Positions 8,924 through 18,232 of a DNA stretch of 36,875 nucleotides are shown piece after piece. The first letter of the stretch is position 1. Every line of letters starts with the position of its first letter. Source of the DNA: a virus (Duplodnaviria; Caudoviricetes). The notes under the pieces are model-generated. The model was given only the letters and a program-made list of their open reading frames with translations, was not told where the DNA came from and did no database searches. The DNA is taken from IMG/VR virus record IMGVR_UViG_3300033485_000049, positions 1-36,875 of that record; one strand, 5' to 3'. The position numbers were made by a program, and so were the translations under genes.

Positions 8924-8981
8924 TGTCAATATTATACTATAACCTCGCTATAATTTCCTTATTAACTTTTAAGGAACTCCC

Positions 8982-9383
8982 ATGAACCTATCAACCCTTG
9001 GTCAAGTCGAAGCAAAAGAATTTAACTTTATCGACGAATACACAAACCTTCCTACTGATATTTATGTAACCGTTTACCCTATGAAATCAAAAGTTGGCAA
9101 AAAAGCGGAAAACGATATGCGTCACCGTATTATTGAATTAATGCAAGATGAAAACAATATCATTGAAGTAGACGGGCAAAAGTCTTTAACAGAAAATCTT
9201 GTTAAATTGGAATCAATGCGTAGAGTAGCTGATTGTGTAGTAGGTTGGCGCGGTGTTCAAGATGATAAAGGTAAACAAATTGAGTTTTCACGCGATGAGT
9301 GTGTTAATCAGTTTTTACAATGTGAAGAGTTTGTTAATGCCGTGTTTGAGTTCTCGAATAACTTGGGAAACTTTACAGCGTAG
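8982..9383 (+). CDS. Tail assembly chaperone (lambda G analogue)
   Basis: Between tail tube and tape measure genes; VVGWRGV...IEFS motif; ends with slippery G GGA AAC. Confidence 0.85.
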   Translation: MNLSTLGQVEAKEFNFIDEYTNLPTDIYVTVYPMKSKVGKKAENDMRHRIIELMQDENNIIEVDGQKSLTENLVKLESMRRVADCVVGWRGVQDDKGKQIEFSRDECVNQFLQCEEFVNAVFEFSNNLGNFTA

Positions 9384-9817
9384 AGGATAACCTCCTCCTT
9401 TACGCGAAACAATCGGGGTATTTAGGTTGTATACCTGACAAAGAATATAAAGATAAAAAAGAAACATCACGGCAAGACGTTTTAGACGCAGGCGGTAAAG
9501 AGTACGCACTAGCTAATGTAGAAGGTGGGGAGTATTTATTACAACATTTAAATAACCTTGGATGGTGTAGCTCTAATGGTATGGGATTAAGCCCTATAAG
9601 CTTTACAGAGATAAAAGCATACATTGACACTACCGAAACATATCTAAGCGGTGAAGAGGCTCTATTAGTGCATAGAATGAGCCAATTGTATGTTAATGAG
9701 ATAAATGATAAGAACCCAAATAAAAAAGCTCCGTTTGAAGGGTTAGAAACTCAGCCAATGAGTCCTAATAGTATCATCAACGCGTTCGCCGGAATTGCTA
9801 CAATATCAGAGGCTTAG
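9365..9817 (+). CDS. -1 frameshift extension of the tail chaperone (lambda T analogue)
   Basis: -1 frame is open from 9365 to the 9817 stop and contains GMGLSPISFTEIKAY. Confidence 0.85.
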   Translation, partial: GKLYSVEDNLLLYAKQSGYLGCIPDKEYKDKKETSRQDVLDAGGKEYALANVEGGEYLLQHLNNLGWCSSNGMGLSPISFTEIKAYIDTTETYLSGEEALLVHRMSQLYVNEINDKNPNKKAPFEGLETQPMSPNSIINAFAGIATISEA

Positions 9818-9875
9818 ATAAGCCTCCTCCCCCTATTCGATATAATGTTAATAACATTCCAAAATAGGAAACATT

Positions 9876-12800
9876 ATGGCAGAAGAACATTCTCTGATTC
9901 TCAAAGTAGACTCTAGACAAGTAAAACAAGGCGAAAAAGACCTTAATAGCTTAAGCAACTCAGCTAATAAGACTGAAAAATCAACCAATGGAGTAACATC
10001 CTCTTTTTTATCTTTGGGTCGTGTACTATCTGCAACGGCACTTATAGGAACAACCGCACAATTCATTAAATTAGCCGATACTATGACGGGTATTGAATCT
10101 AAATTAAAGCTCGTTACCAAGTCCACTATGGAGCTAAAAATAGCTCAACAAGAGTTATTTACTATCTCACAAAATACACGCCAATCGTACGATGCAACCG
10201 TATCCACTTATTCAAACTTTGCACTCGCTATGGGAGAAATGGGTAAATCTCAAAAAGATATTTTAAGAGTAACCGAAACAGTAAACAAAGCTATTGCAAT
10301 TTCAGGCGGTACGGCTCAACAAGCGGCAGCGGCTACTATGCAACTCGGACAAGCGTTTGCAAGTGGAACTCTTCGAGGAGATGAACTAAATAGTATTTTA
10401 GAAAACTCCAAGGGACTTGCGAAAGCTATCGCAGACGGAATGGGTGTACCTATCGGTAAGCTTAGAACCCTTGGAAGTGAAGGGAAGATCACCGCTGAGA
10501 TTTTAGCAACAGCATTAGAAAAATCGGCTCAATCAGTCGATGAGAAATTCGGTAAAGTTGGGATTACCGTTGAGGCTTCAATGACAGTTGCCTCAAACTC
10601 TTTAACCAAAATTGTGGGAGAGTTAAATAGTGCTACGGGGGCAACATCATCTTTATCAGAAGAAATAACTGGATTTTCTAAATCAATCGATGATAATACT
10701 GAATCAATAGTTAATTTTGGTCGTTTTTCGGTTGCTACAATTGACCGTACTATCGATATGTTTAAAATGCTTGGAGGCTTTGCGGTTAATACAGCTGAAT
10801 ATGCTTTAGGTGGAATTTCTACTATTTATTATGGGGTAATGTCGCCTATTACAAGTGGATTATTAACAGTTACAGAAGGCTTAAATAGCATAGGATTATC
10901 ATCGGATAAAACGCTAAATAATGCAAAAGTATTAGCTAATAGTATGGATAAAAATCTAAAGCTATCACGTAAATCAATGCTTGATGATGTAGAAGATATG
11001 GATAACTTAATTAATGCAGCTTCCGATACAGTCGAGGAACGCGTCAGTGCTATGATTAAAAGATCGGGCGCAATAAAAGACTTAAAAGGAGGGGTTAATT
11101 CAGGTGGTAAAAAAGGTGTAGGAACTACTGAAACGGAAAAAGAACGTAAAGCACGTTTAAAAGACATTGAAGAAGAAGCAAAAATACAAAAAGGATATTT
11201 AGAGTCCTATGCTGAATTACAAGCCAATCAAGCGTTAGAAGATTATAACAATAAGATAGGTTATCTTGAATCTTATGCGGATATGGAAGCAAAAGCCGCT
11301 ATTGATAAATTTAATGCTCAAGAAGAAATAAGACAAACAACATTAAGTGAAGCTGAAAAAATAAACGAAAAAATGATGGCATTAGCTGAAAGTGGTGGGC
11401 TTGATTTTAATTCTGCTCCTATGATTGCATTTTTTGAAGAGATGAATAAACAGCTTGAAAATGCAGTGGAAAAAGTAAAAGAGTTCGACTCATTCAAACT
11501 AGAATTTGACGCTGAATCATTAGAAGGAACTCCAAAAGCTATCGCGGCCGTTGGAAAATCATTAGACAAATTAGCTCAAGCCGATAAGAAGTACAATGAG
11601 AAAAAAGCACTTTACAAAGAGGGTACGGAAGAGTTTAATAAAAATGAGCAGGAGCATACAAGTAATCAAATTATAGGCTACTCAAACCTTGCAGGTGCAA
11701 TGTCTACTATGTTCCAAGAAGGTAGCAAAGAGGCTCAAGCTATGCAAGCTGTACAAGCAAGCCTAGCAATGGTTGAGGCCACTTTAGCCGTTGTTCATGC
11801 TGGTACAGGTGGTGACGTTTATACTGCTATTCCAAGGATGATAGCAACGGCAGCAGTCGCAGCAAACGCACTATCTAATATAGGTAAGTCATTTAGCGGC
11901 GGAGGTTCTGCCCCTACGCTTCCAAAAAGCACTGTATTAGGCGCAAAAGCTGGAACAGAATCAGAAAGTACAACTAATATCGTTGATATACTAGAAGAGG
12001 CTCATGCTTCCGAATACAGCGAATTACGTGATATTAATAGAGCTGTTACATCAATGGCTCAGGGCATAGAGAGTGCCGTTGCTAATATATTCAAGAGCGG
12101 TATTTTAGATACGAGTGGTATCAAATTAAGTAGCTCAGGTGGAGCTGCTGAATCTACTATGAATTTTTATAGTAATACGCTTGGTAAATTAGTAGATAAA
12201 ACACTTGGAGGGGATAAGCTAACTCAATCTTTAATGGGTGCTACAGCAGGACTTTTAAGTAAAGCGTTTGGTGGTATCTTTGGAGGGTCATCTAAGCAAT
12301 ATATCGCAGGTTCAGGGTTTGATATTGCGGGTGGTAGCCTTGGAAGTAAGGCGGGAGGTAATATCGGTGCTTCGACATACGTAGACGTAGAAACGATGAA
12401 AAAGAAAGCGTGGGGATCTGCTTCATATTCCCATAATATCACTACCACGGCACTAGACGCGGCATCGTCTCAATCTATATCCCTAATCTACAAATCATTT
12501 AGCGATACGATGATGGAAATAAATAAGGGACTTGGAACTTCATTAGCTCCCGCGATCTCAAATTACACCCTTGATGCTATTAAAATAAGCACAGCAGGAC
12601 TTAGTGGTGAAGAAGTAATTAAGACTCTAAACGATAGATTTAGCGCTCTTGGCGACAAGATGACAAATGATATTTTTGGAAGGATACTAAGCCAATATCA
12701 AGACTTAGGGGAAGGACTACTAGAAACAGCAGTTAGGGTTATTACAGAAAAAGCTGTGGTAATGTCAAACCTTAAAGATATTAATAAGTCTATCTACGGT

Positions 12801-13568
12801 GACACTATTGCTATCACCCAAAGCCTTGTAGATTTAGCAGGAGGATTGACAGATTTTAGCGATGATAATGAGTCATACTATGATAAATATTTTAGTGATG
12901 CTGAAAAGCAAGTCAAGTTACAAGCGAAATTATCAGAATCATTTAGCTACTTGGGTGTTCGTATGCCTACTACCATTGAAGGATTTAGAAAGATAGTCGA
13001 AGGCACAGATTTATCAACATTAGCAGGTAGGGAGTTATTTACTGGGTTAATGGGGTTAAGTGAAGGATTTGCAGAACTTCAAGACAATATCAAAAATACT
13101 GATTTAAGTGGACTATTAGATGATATAAAAGCGTTTGTATCTTCGCTTAGAGCCGAAATAGTACCAATGTCTACCTCAACATCGTTTACTACATTTAGTA
13201 AATCATTTAATGATATGATTTCAGCTATTGCAAGTGGTTCAAGTAATTTAAGCGAGATAGGCACTAAAGCTATTGACAATGCAAGGGCATATATCGATAC
13301 TGTTACCGCTACCTCATCAGCAGGGCGCGACATAGCTTTTGCTAAAGCAGTTGTAGCAAATAAGTTTGAGGCAGTCACACTAGCCCCTAATATTACGATG
13401 GGAACGGTAAATGATACTCTTAAATTCTCACTTGGAGAACAAAGTTATATCGTTACCGAGCTAAGAGCTATGCGCCAAGAGTTGATTACAGCGAATCAGT
13501 TAGGGATTACACAGACGGCAAATAGTATTAATCAGTTGAGCGCTACACGAGCACTTTTACCAGCATGA
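9876..13568 (+). CDS. Tail tape measure protein
   Basis: 1230 aa; tape-measure domain QLGQAFASGTLRGDELNSILE; Ala/Gly-rich helical body. Confidence 0.95.
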   Translation: MAEEHSLILKVDSRQVKQGEKDLNSLSNSANKTEKSTNGVTSSFLSLGRVLSATALIGTTAQFIKLADTMTGIESKLKLVTKSTMELKIAQQELFTISQNTRQSYDATVSTYSNFALAMGEMGKSQKDILRVTETVNKAIAISGGTAQQAAAATMQLGQAFASGTLRGDELNSILENSKGLAKAIADGMGVPIGKLRTLGSEGKITAEILATALEKSAQSVDEKFGKVGITVEASMTVASNSLTKIVGELNSATGATSSLSEEITGFSKSIDDNTESIVNFGRFSVATIDRTIDMFKMLGGFAVNTAEYALGGISTIYYGVMSPITSGLLTVTEGLNSIGLSSDKTLNNAKVLANSMDKNLKLSRKSMLDDVEDMDNLINAASDTVEERVSAMIKRSGAIKDLKGGVNSGGKKGVGTTETEKERKARLKDIEEEAKIQKGYLESYAELQANQALEDYNNKIGYLESYADMEAKAAIDKFNAQEEIRQTTLSEAEKINEKMMALAESGGLDFNSAPMIAFFEEMNKQLENAVEKVKEFDSFKLEFDAESLEGTPKAIAAVGKSLDKLAQADKKYNEKKALYKEGTEEFNKNEQEHTSNQIIGYSNLAGAMSTMFQEGSKEAQAMQAVQASLAMVEATLAVVHAGTGGDVYTAIPRMIATAAVAANALSNIGKSFSGGGSAPTLPKSTVLGAKAGTESESTTNIVDILEEAHASEYSELRDINRAVTSMAQGIESAVANIFKSGILDTSGIKLSSSGGAAESTMNFYSNTLGKLVDKTLGGDKLTQSLMGATAGLLSKAFGGIFGGSSKQYIAGSGFDIAGGSLGSKAGGNIGASTYVDVETMKKKAWGSASYSHNITTTALDAASSQSISLIYKSFSDTMMEINKGLGTSLAPAISNYTLDAIKISTAGLSGEEVIKTLNDRFSALGDKMTNDIFGRILSQYQDLGEGLLETAVRVITEKAVVMSNLKDINKSIYGDTIAITQSLVDLAGGLTDFSDDNESYYDKYFSDAEKQVKLQAKLSESFSYLGVRMPTTIEGFRKIVEGTDLSTLAGRELFTGLMGLSEGFAELQDNIKNTDLSGLLDDIKAFVSSLRAEIVPMSTSTSFTTFSKSFNDMISAIASGSSNLSEIGTKAIDNARAYIDTVTATSSAGRDIAFAKAVVANKFEAVTLAPNITMGTVNDTLKFSLGEQSYIVTELRAMRQELITANQLGITQTANSINQLSATRALLPA

Positions 13569-13594
13569 TATAATTACATAAATAAGGATTAAAT

Positions 13595-13885
13595 ATGGCG
13601 CAACCAGTCTCAATTAAATATCTTGGAGCTGTTAGAGTTACCGCTGGATTAACATATCTATCGGCTGATATTATTACAGCATTTACTGGGGCGAATGTAT
13701 TGCAAGCAAAATCGGATATAGATTTAGCTACTGGTAAACTAAAAGATACTTTTATAAACGTTTCAATCAATGGGAGTCCTATGTTTCATTTTTCCGATGG
13801 TGATTATTGCTATATTGCATCAGGTCAATCATTTGTATTTGATAAAGACTTCACCGCAGCCGTCGGAACATACGTGGCTATCTGA
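13595..13885 (+). CDS. Small tail-tip-associated protein
   Basis: AAGGA RBS, TGATATAAT at 13566, position after the tape measure gene. Confidence 0.6.
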   Translation: MAQPVSIKYLGAVRVTAGLTYLSADIITAFTGANVLQAKSDIDLATGKLKDTFINVSINGSPMFHFSDGDYCYIASGQSFVFDKDFTAAVGTYVAI

Positions 13886-14928
13886 TGACATACATAGCGC
13901 AACAAATACCAGAGTTTACATCCTCAAATATTACTGAGACAGCATTAGCGTGGAGCGGTTCAACTTTAACAGCTGGGACTTTTGTAGTTGGTCAAAGATA
14001 TACTATCGTTTCAGTAGGAACAACAAACTTCACTTTAATAGGGGCGGCAAGTAATACTATTGGAGTTGTATTTGTAGCCACTGGGGTAGGAACTGGAACT
14101 GGTACAGCTATTACTACCTATAATGTAGGTGATTATTCATTATTTGGATCATTTGTATATAAAGCAGTATCTAACCATACTAATAAATCTCCAGATACTT
14201 ATGAGGGCGTATACTGGGTTAAATGGCAAATAAGTAATAAGTGGGCGATGTTAGATTTATCGGCTCAAAGTAAAAGCTATGTCAATGCTGGTAATCTAAC
14301 AGTCGAGTTTTTGCAAAATCGTATGAGCACTTTAGCTATTGGAAACTACGAAGCTGAATATGTGACAATTTCAATTTTAGATACCGATGGTACTACTATT
14401 TTATGGACGTATAATAACGAATCAGCATTAAATGAAAATGTAATTGATTACTACTCATATATTTATGAACCTTATGGGTATCAAGTAGATAGAGCCATTA
14501 AAATAGTCCTTCCATTATGGGGATATAAAGTAAAAGTTGAGTTCCATATTTCAGGCGATGCAACTAGAACAGCGTGTGGGTTCTTAGTTGGAGGTGATGA
14601 GGTAAATATGGGTGATACACTATGGGGAGTAAATTTCCGCTATAACTCATATTCAACAAAGACTTATGATGCATTTGGGACATTGACTATTGCAAAAAGA
14701 GCAGTTCAAGATTTAGTCGATTTTAATACTATTATCCCAACTGATGAGATAATGAATATGAAGAGAAATATCAAGGCTGTTTACAATGATATAATTGTAT
14801 TCATAATCAACGATAAGTCTACAGATTATGAGAATTTAATCACACTTGGAACTATTGAAAACGCATCGGTAGTATTATCACAAGCACAAATTACAACTAT
14901 GACATTTAGTGTCATAGAATCAATTTAA
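13885..14928 (+). CDS. Distal tail / tail-tip protein with possible carbohydrate-binding module
   Basis: YNVGDY...YKAV...P...W...SNKWAMLD and YSTKTYDAFG...KR motifs typical of post-TMP proteins. Confidence 0.65.
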   Translation: MTYIAQQIPEFTSSNITETALAWSGSTLTAGTFVVGQRYTIVSVGTTNFTLIGAASNTIGVVFVATGVGTGTGTAITTYNVGDYSLFGSFVYKAVSNHTNKSPDTYEGVYWVKWQISNKWAMLDLSAQSKSYVNAGNLTVEFLQNRMSTLAIGNYEAEYVTISILDTDGTTILWTYNNESALNENVIDYYSYIYEPYGYQVDRAIKIVLPLWGYKVKVEFHISGDATRTACGFLVGGDEVNMGDTLWGVNFRYNSYSTKTYDAFGTLTIAKRAVQDLVDFNTIIPTDEIMNMKRNIKAVYNDIIVFIINDKSTDYENLITLGTIENASVVLSQAQITTMTFSVIESI

Positions 14929-14937
14929 GGAGTATTT

Positions 14938-16215
14938 ATGCCTATAAGTCAAACAATAACAGCTATACCACGTGCAGGGCGTAGGGGAGTTGATGCTAGA
15001 ACCCCATTTGTTATTAACCAAGAAGCATTCCAAGGTGCTTTAGAGACCGTTACAGTACCTGAATTAAATAATTTTGCTACACAAGCTAATCTATTAGAGA
15101 CAAATGTAAATGCAAAAGAAGCAAGTGCGGTATTAGCCGAAGCAAGTGCGGTGGCGGCCGCAAACTTTAAAGGTACATGGACTAATCAAACAACAGCTAT
15201 TGGCGAGTCTTGGCTATATAATGGGGTTATTTATGGTGTCTTAATCGCTGGCAATACCTCCCCCATAGCGTCTCCATCTAATTGGTTTGCTTTATCATTG
15301 GCAAAACAGATAAATAACGCTACTTCAAAAACAACTCCCGTAGATGCAGACGAATTTGGAATTTGGGATAGTATTAGTGGTTTACTCAATAAAGTTACTT
15401 GGGCTAATATAAAGGCTACCATATCGTCGCATTTAGCATCAAATGGACAGCTCGGACGTAAAAACTACCTAATCAACGGTAACTTCAAAATCAATGAACG
15501 CGCTTACGTAAGTGGAGCTGCAACAGTTGGAGCGAACCAATATATCTTCGACAGATGGTATATCCCTACAACTGGACAAAGTGCAACATTCACAACTACA
15601 AATGGAATTGTAACTGTAACAGCTCCTGCAAGTGGTATTGTTCAAAAAGTGGAGAATATCTCCAATAACGGTGGAGCTATGACTGTATCTTACGTGGGTA
15701 CTGCAACGCTAACCGTAGCTGAATCAACAGATAATATAACCTACACAGCTATAACATTGACTGGTAAAACGTTTACCACAACCGCTGGAAACTATATTAA
15801 AATAACTCTTGCAAGTGGTACAGTATCACTAGTTAAGATTGAAGATGGAAGCGTAGCTACTGATGGTTGGAATCCGTATGACGGAGAGTTAGGTGGAGAA
15901 GTTCAGGCTTGTCAGAGGTATTTGCCTATTGAGTATGGGTATATGTTAGGTCAAGCAGTATCTACCACTCTTGCTTATTTCTTGTGTGTATTTAAAGTTA
16001 GACCAAGAGTAGTTCCTACTGGAGTATCAACAACTGTTGCTGGGGTTATAACTAATGCTTCAGCAGGCGCATTAACTATTACTGGGTTAACATTCTCTGA
16101 CTCAACACTATCTGCGGGGAGAGTTAGTATCACTGTTGCATCTGGACTTGTAGCAGGGGACGTTTCCACTGCCGTGCCTACAAATAAACTTCTATTTACG
16201 GGATGTGAACTATGA
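14938..16215 (+). CDS. Tail fibre / receptor-binding protein
   Basis: ATSKTTPVDADEF...KVTWANIKA linker, RKNYLINGNFKINER, FDRW, CQRY fibre motifs. Confidence 0.82.
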   Translation: MPISQTITAIPRAGRRGVDARTPFVINQEAFQGALETVTVPELNNFATQANLLETNVNAKEASAVLAEASAVAAANFKGTWTNQTTAIGESWLYNGVIYGVLIAGNTSPIASPSNWFALSLAKQINNATSKTTPVDADEFGIWDSISGLLNKVTWANIKATISSHLASNGQLGRKNYLINGNFKINERAYVSGAATVGANQYIFDRWYIPTTGQSATFTTTNGIVTVTAPASGIVQKVENISNNGGAMTVSYVGTATLTVAESTDNITYTAITLTGKTFTTTAGNYIKITLASGTVSLVKIEDGSVATDGWNPYDGELGGEVQACQRYLPIEYGYMLGQAVSTTLAYFLCVFKVRPRVVPTGVSTTVAGVITNASAGALTITGLTFSDSTLSAGRVSITVASGLVAGDVSTAVPTNKLLFTGCEL

Positions 16216-16637
16216 TTTTTAAATTATGTAATAATGGTAAATCCGTTGTAGGAATAAGAGAAGATGGTGCAACTGTTTCGTACTCTATTGAAGCAGAAGA
16301 ATACAAACAATGGCTATCAGTAGGTAATACTCCTGAACCTGAGTTTACACAAGTGGAATTAATGGCTAATGCTATTGTTCATTTTGAAAGCATGACTGAT
16401 ACTTTTATCCAACGTAAGGTCAATGAGTATAACTCTTTAAATGGGGTAAAATTTAAAGACATTGACGCATTCCCAAAATACGCTATGAATACATCAAGCG
16501 CACATTATGCTATTGCTAATAAGTTTATTGCTTATGCCGACAAAGTATGGAGTGCTATACGATTGTATCAATCAACGGCAACAACTATTCCAACCGATGT
16601 TGAATTTCAAACTGTATTGGATGGGGTATTATTCTAA
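16212..16637 (+). CDS. Putative tail fibre assembly protein
   Basis: EYKQWLSVGNTPEPEFT motif typical of post-fibre proteins. Confidence 0.65.
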   Translation: MIFKLCNNGKSVVGIREDGATVSYSIEAEEYKQWLSVGNTPEPEFTQVELMANAIVHFESMTDTFIQRKVNEYNSLNGVKFKDIDAFPKYAMNTSSAHYAIANKFIAYADKVWSAIRLYQSTATTIPTDVEFQTVLDGVLF

Positions 16638-16638
16638 A

Positions 16639-17043
16639 ATGCCTAAATTCATAACCTCATTGGATGTAAGACACATAGGCGATCAGTCGTTTATCTTAAT
16701 CGCTCCTTTGATTTATGAAAATAGACAATTTGAGATTACTGTGTTTCAAAAATTCGATTACGACGGTGCTAGTATTCCCCAATTTTTATGGAGTTGGATA
16801 GGCTGTCCTATGGGTGGATTATATTCCTCGGCTGCTTGTTTACACGACGCTCTTTATGCCTCACGTATATTTGACCGCAAAACGTGCGATAAACTATTCC
16901 ATGAGGCTATGCTATCGAGTGGTGTACGCCAGTCATTAGCCAAAAAAATGTATTTAGCTGTACGTGCTTTTGGTGAGAGTGCTTATAATGAAAGCGATGA
17001 TTTACAGAAATATCGAAACATGATTTCAGTTGTAGTTAAATAA
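16639..17043 (+). CDS. DUF1353-family protein
   Basis: FDYDGASIP...AACLHDALY...D..F..AM...MYLAVRAFG; probable start MPKF at 16639. Confidence 0.85.
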   Translation: MPKFITSLDVRHIGDQSFILIAPLIYENRQFEITVFQKFDYDGASIPQFLWSWIGCPMGGLYSSAACLHDALYASRIFDRKTCDKLFHEAMLSSGVRQSLAKKMYLAVRAFGESAYNESDDLQKYRNMISVVVK

Positions 17044-17083
17044 TATGCTACAATAAACAATAAAAAATAAATCAAGGTTATAA

Positions 17084-17386
17084 ATGGAAATAGAACCAAG
17101 GGTCGCAAAACTTGAAAGTAATCAAGGTCTTTTGCAACAAGAACTTCATCAGATGAATGCTACCCTTGGAAAGATCGAGCAAGCGATAGAAAGGCAGAAT
17201 GAGATTTCAACAGATATAAGACTTTTAAGACAAGAGTTTAAATCGCATATTGAGGTTGAGTCAAACTCAGTAAAGAGACAAAATGAGCGCATTGAAAGCT
17301 TAGAGAACACTCGGTCAAAGATTGGATATACAATTGTTCTTGCTGTTTTAGGAGCTCTTTTAACCTTAGTATTAAGGAGTAACTAA
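17084..17386 (+). CDS. Holin-like protein (coiled coil plus C-terminal TM)
   Basis: Heptad coiled coil followed by IGYTIVLAVLGALLTLVL; first gene of the lysis cluster; TGCTACAAT at 17046. Confidence 0.55.
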   Translation: MEIEPRVAKLESNQGLLQQELHQMNATLGKIEQAIERQNEISTDIRLLRQEFKSHIEVESNSVKRQNERIESLENTRSKIGYTIVLAVLGALLTLVLRSN

Positions 17387-17484
17387 TGATGTGGATTTTA
17401 CATATCTTAGCTGTTATATTTTTCATTCCTGCACTATTTGTCACAATACCTTTACATATTCTTATCACTATTAAAGGTGGGTAA
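17386..17484 (+). CDS. 32-aa hydrophobic peptide in lysis cluster
   Basis: AAGGAG RBS; MMWILHILAVIFFIPALFVTIPLHILITIKGG; TAATG-coupled at both ends. Confidence 0.6.
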   Translation: MMWILHILAVIFFIPALFVTIPLHILITIKGG

Positions 17485-17636
17485 TGAGCCTCAATAGAAT
17501 ACAGCTATTAATAATCACAATCATATTATTATCAATAGGGTATTCGGCAGGGTTTCAAAGTGGAAAATACTATGGTATGAATAAAGAATTAAAAAAGCAT
17601 ATAAGCAAGATTTACAAAAATATGAAGGATAAATAA
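17484..17636 (+). CDS. 50-aa protein with N-terminal TM in lysis cluster
   Basis: MSLNRIQLLIITIILLSIGYSAGFQSG...; TAATG-coupled to the endolysin. Confidence 0.6.
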   Translation: MSLNRIQLLIITIILLSIGYSAGFQSGKYYGMNKELKKHISKIYKNMKDK

Positions 17637-18091
17637 TGGAAAGCTTTAGTAAATATTTCACCCTAAAAGAATTAACTAATAGTGAACATCACCCTGAAAT
17701 GGTTGCACAAAATAGGTTAGACGCTAAACAGTATTTATTAGCAGGGAAGCGGCTCTCTAAGCTCTTAGAGTCAATCCGCCATATCTTAGGTGATAAACCG
17801 ATTAAAGTCACTTCAGGGTATCGAAACGCTCGTTTGAATAAGGCTGTTGGATCGGTTGCTAAAAACTCAGCACATTTACGATTTGAAGCGGCAGACATTA
17901 AGCCTGAAATGAATTTAGAAGAGGCATTTAATACTTTGATTATGGCACATAAAGATGGGTTGCTTTCAGATTTACGTAAAATAATTTTTGAGGGTTCTTG
18001 GCTTCATGTTGAATGTGCCATGAGTATTGATGATTATCGTGGGTTCTTTGTATCACACGACGGAAATAAAACTTTTGAAAAGGTAGCCTAA
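17636..18091 (+). CDS. Endolysin, peptidase M15A-like
   Basis: SKYFTLKELT, VTSGYR, LNKAVGS, SAHLRFEAAD, WLHV zinc-ligand motifs. Confidence 0.88.
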   Translation: MESFSKYFTLKELTNSEHHPEMVAQNRLDAKQYLLAGKRLSKLLESIRHILGDKPIKVTSGYRNARLNKAVGSVAKNSAHLRFEAADIKPEMNLEEAFNTLIMAHKDGLLSDLRKIIFEGSWLHVECAMSIDDYRGFFVSHDGNKTFEKVA

Positions 18092-18232
18092 ATGTGGACA
18101 AAAATTCTAATCGATATAATCGCAAGTAATCTTACTAAAGAAATAGTCGAGCTATTGCTTGATAAAATTGCGGATAGCCTTAAAAACAAAGCTACTCGCG
18201 ACGATGTGGATAAACTAAAGGCTACTTTATAG
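18092..18232 (+). CDS. 46-aa amphipathic protein after the endolysin
   Basis: MWTKILIDIIASNLTKEIVELLLDKIADSLKNKATRDDVDKLKATL; AAGGT RBS. Confidence 0.55.
   Translation: MWTKILIDIIASNLTKEIVELLLDKIADSLKNKATRDDVDKLKATL

Noticed and set aside
11190-11320. GYLESYA 22-aa repeat in the tape measure protein
   Set aside because: 11/22-residue periodicity is ordinary for tape measure proteins
10829-13378. Minus-strand ORFs within the tape measure gene (and similar ones within capsid, portal and terminase genes)
   Set aside because: Antisense shadows of long genes, lacking RBSs and recognisable motifs
14938-16215. Diversity-generating retroelement target in the tail fibre
   Set aside because: No reverse transcriptase and no template/variable repeat pair were seen
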